From positions 100,926-124,925 of the forward strand of contig JAILNA010000003.1 in NCBI GenBank assembly GCA_024691995.1: 24,000 bases of DNA, written 5' to 3'. The notes under the pieces were generated by a model, which worked only from the letters and a program-made list of their open reading frames with translations, was not told the DNA's origin and did no database searches. Below are positions 22,647-24,000 of the stretch, piece after piece. Made by a program: the position numbers and the translations under genes. The stretch's first letter is position 1, and each line of letters starts with the position of its first letter. This stretch comes from Atopobiaceae bacterium. GTDB lineage: Bacteria > Actinomycetota > Coriobacteriia > Coriobacteriales > Atopobiaceae.

Positions 22647-23243
22647 TTACTTATCTGTATTGGTGTCCTTTAAAAGCGCCTCGTGATAGTTGCCTGGCAA
22701 AGACGATTCACTTGCTTTAGAGGAAGTCTTTTGAGAAGTCTTGGGTTGAGAAGAGCTGTCCGCAAGAAGATCTTCGCCCTTGTCGTCCTTGCTGTCCTTG
22801 CTGTCCTTCTCGTCTACCCTTATTTGTACCTTGGTTTGAGCCCAGCTGAGCCCATACAAAAAGCCAAACACTCCTATTGCCATGGGCATCATAATTGCCA
22901 CAACAAGCAACAGCGAGACAATAACTTTAAAGAGGTGAATAGGGATACTGAAGATGACGGGTGAAAAAACCATCAATCCAAAGACAATCCCTGCCAGCAC
23001 TCGAAAGACTATCTTGGTCACGTATGAAAGCTGTATGCTGGTAAAATTGCTAATCAGAAGGCTGATAAGCGCCAGTGCAGAAAACCAAAGCATGGCAGAA
23101 GAAAGCGCGTACATCATTAAGAGAAAGACATTTTTTGGCTGAACTTCTGGTTTTGTGACGATAAAAACAATCGAGCACAGCGCAATTAAAACTAGCAGAA
23201 TGGCATTGGTAAGAATTGCCGGAGTTTTCCATATTTTTTTCAT
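22647..23243 (-). CDS. small polytopic membrane protein with an acidic/Ser/Lys-rich C-terminal tail, unknown function
   Basis: 198 aa with about five hydrophobic helices, then the tail DEKDSKDSKDDKGEDLLADSSSQPKTSQKTSSKASESS. AAGGAG SD. Its stop lies 46 nt upstream of the ABC gene start, on the same strand. Confidence 0.75.
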   Translation of the reverse strand: MKKIWKTPAILTNAILLVLIALCSIVFIVTKPEVQPKNVFLLMMYALSSAMLWFSALALISLLISNFTSIQLSYVTKIVFRVLAGIVFGLMVFSPVIFSIPIHLFKVIVSLLLVVAIMMPMAIGVFGFLYGLSWAQTKVQIRVDEKDSKDSKDDKGEDLLADSSSQPKTSQKTSSKASESSLPGNYHEALLKDTNTDK

Positions 23244-23362
23244 AGCACACAGCTCCTTTGTGCTCTTCGCCCGATTATACTTGAACTTGCTTATTGTTCC
23301 CTGATGGCCTGTGCTTTAATCAATAAAGTACCGCTATGGATTGAGACGCAAGGAGAAACACT

Positions 23363-24000
23363 ATGACTGATGAGGTTTTGAAAGCCCAGGTTGACGCCTA
23401 TGTTGACGAAAACTGGGAAAACATTATTGAAGACATTCGCTATCTTGTTCAAGTAGAATCCGTGGAGGACCTCTCTGCTGCAGAAGCAGGAAAGCCGTGG
23501 GGGCCAAAGTCGTTTGAAGCGCTGCGGCGTGGTCTTGAGCTTGCCGAGCGTCTTGGCCTTAAAACCACCAATGTGGACGGATACCTTGGTTTTGGAGATC
23601 TTCCCGGAAAATCACAAAAGTACATCGCCACCATTGCTCATACCGATATTGTGCCGCTTGGTCTTGGATGGACGGTTGATCCGCTCGACGTCACACGCAA
23701 AGACGGCTATCTGCTCGGCCGAGGCGTTTTGGACGACAAGGGTCCTTTTGTGCTGTCTCTTTGGGCCGCACATTTCTTTGTCGAACACGTCAAAAAAACC
23801 GGCAAACTTCTCCCATACACCCTGCGCGCAATTGTCGGCAACAACGAGGAAACCGGTATGGGCGATGTTCCCTACTATCTTGAGCGCTATCCCGAGCCTG
23901 AATTTTGCTTTACACCTGATGCTGAGTTCCCGCTCATTTGTGGCGAGAAGGGCGTCTATCACGGCGAGTTTACCTCTGCCGCCATCGCGGGCGAGAAGAT
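23363..24000 (+). CDS. M20-family dipeptidase (PepV/Sapep-like), N-terminal ~212 codons; continues past the right edge
   Basis: Absent from the ORF track because it has no stop in-window. My translation from the ATG at 23363 (AAGGAG SD at 23350..23355) gives MTDEVLKAQVDAYVDENWENIIEDIRYLVQVESV...IATIAHTDIVPLGLGWTVDPLDVTRKDGYLLGRGVLDDKGPFV...GNNEETGM. It carries the M20 metal-ligand motifs HTDIVP, DDKGP and EET. The minus-strand ORFs 23449..23634 and 23612..23962 are shadows. Confidence 0.85.
   Translation, partial: MTDEVLKAQVDAYVDENWENIIEDIRYLVQVESVEDLSAAEAGKPWGPKSFEALRRGLELAERLGLKTTNVDGYLGFGDLPGKSQKYIATIAHTDIVPLGLGWTVDPLDVTRKDGYLLGRGVLDDKGPFVLSLWAAHFFVEHVKKTGKLLPYTLRAIVGNNEETGMGDVPYYLERYPEPEFCFTPDAEFPLICGEKGVYHGEFTSAAIAGEK

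Overview
This is a gene-dense 24-kb chromosomal window from a Gram-positive bacterium. The evidence for that is an LPXTG sortase substrate, a long-form HPF, DegV and ComF. G+C is mid-range, and the gene content reminds me of Coriobacteriia-type Actinomycetota, but that is inference only. I support 19 protein-coding genes (2 run off the window edges), one tRNA-Thr(CGU), three clear Rho-independent terminators and several repeat or stem-loop elements. Left to right: a partial hypothetical gene (-), a Wzx-like flippase (+), a glutaredoxin-like gene (-), a Trp-rich membrane protein of unknown function (+) and msrA (+). A 565-bp repeat-laden spacer follows. Then a long co-directional minus-strand string runs (in transcription order) EamA transporter, comF, a 620-bp apparently non-coding gap, hpf, degV, a beta-hydroxyacid dehydrogenase with a His/Cys-rich tail, a NYN-LOTUS nuclease, a Lys/Ala-rich HEAT protein, a SurA-like anchored protein, a DUF523-PNP fusion and tRNA-Thr. 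After that come an M16C insulinase-type peptidase (+), an LPXTG coiled-coil surface protein (-), a 1121-aa fused MacB-type ABC ATPase/permease with a small upstream membrane protein (-), and a partial M20 dipeptidase (+). I saw no transposase, integrase, CRISPR array, rRNA or classical defence-island hallmark, so this is mostly core-like DNA. The best candidates for something undescribed are: (1) the tightly linked NYN-LOTUS gene plus histone-H1-like/HEAT gene, preceded by a dehydrogenase with a SlyD/Hpn-like metal-binding tail; (2) the spacer between convergent msrA and tRNA-Thr, which holds two families of short repeats; (3) the 620-bp gap upstream of hpf; and (4) the DUF523-PNP fusion. All functional calls rest on motif recognition by eye. 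No database search was run.
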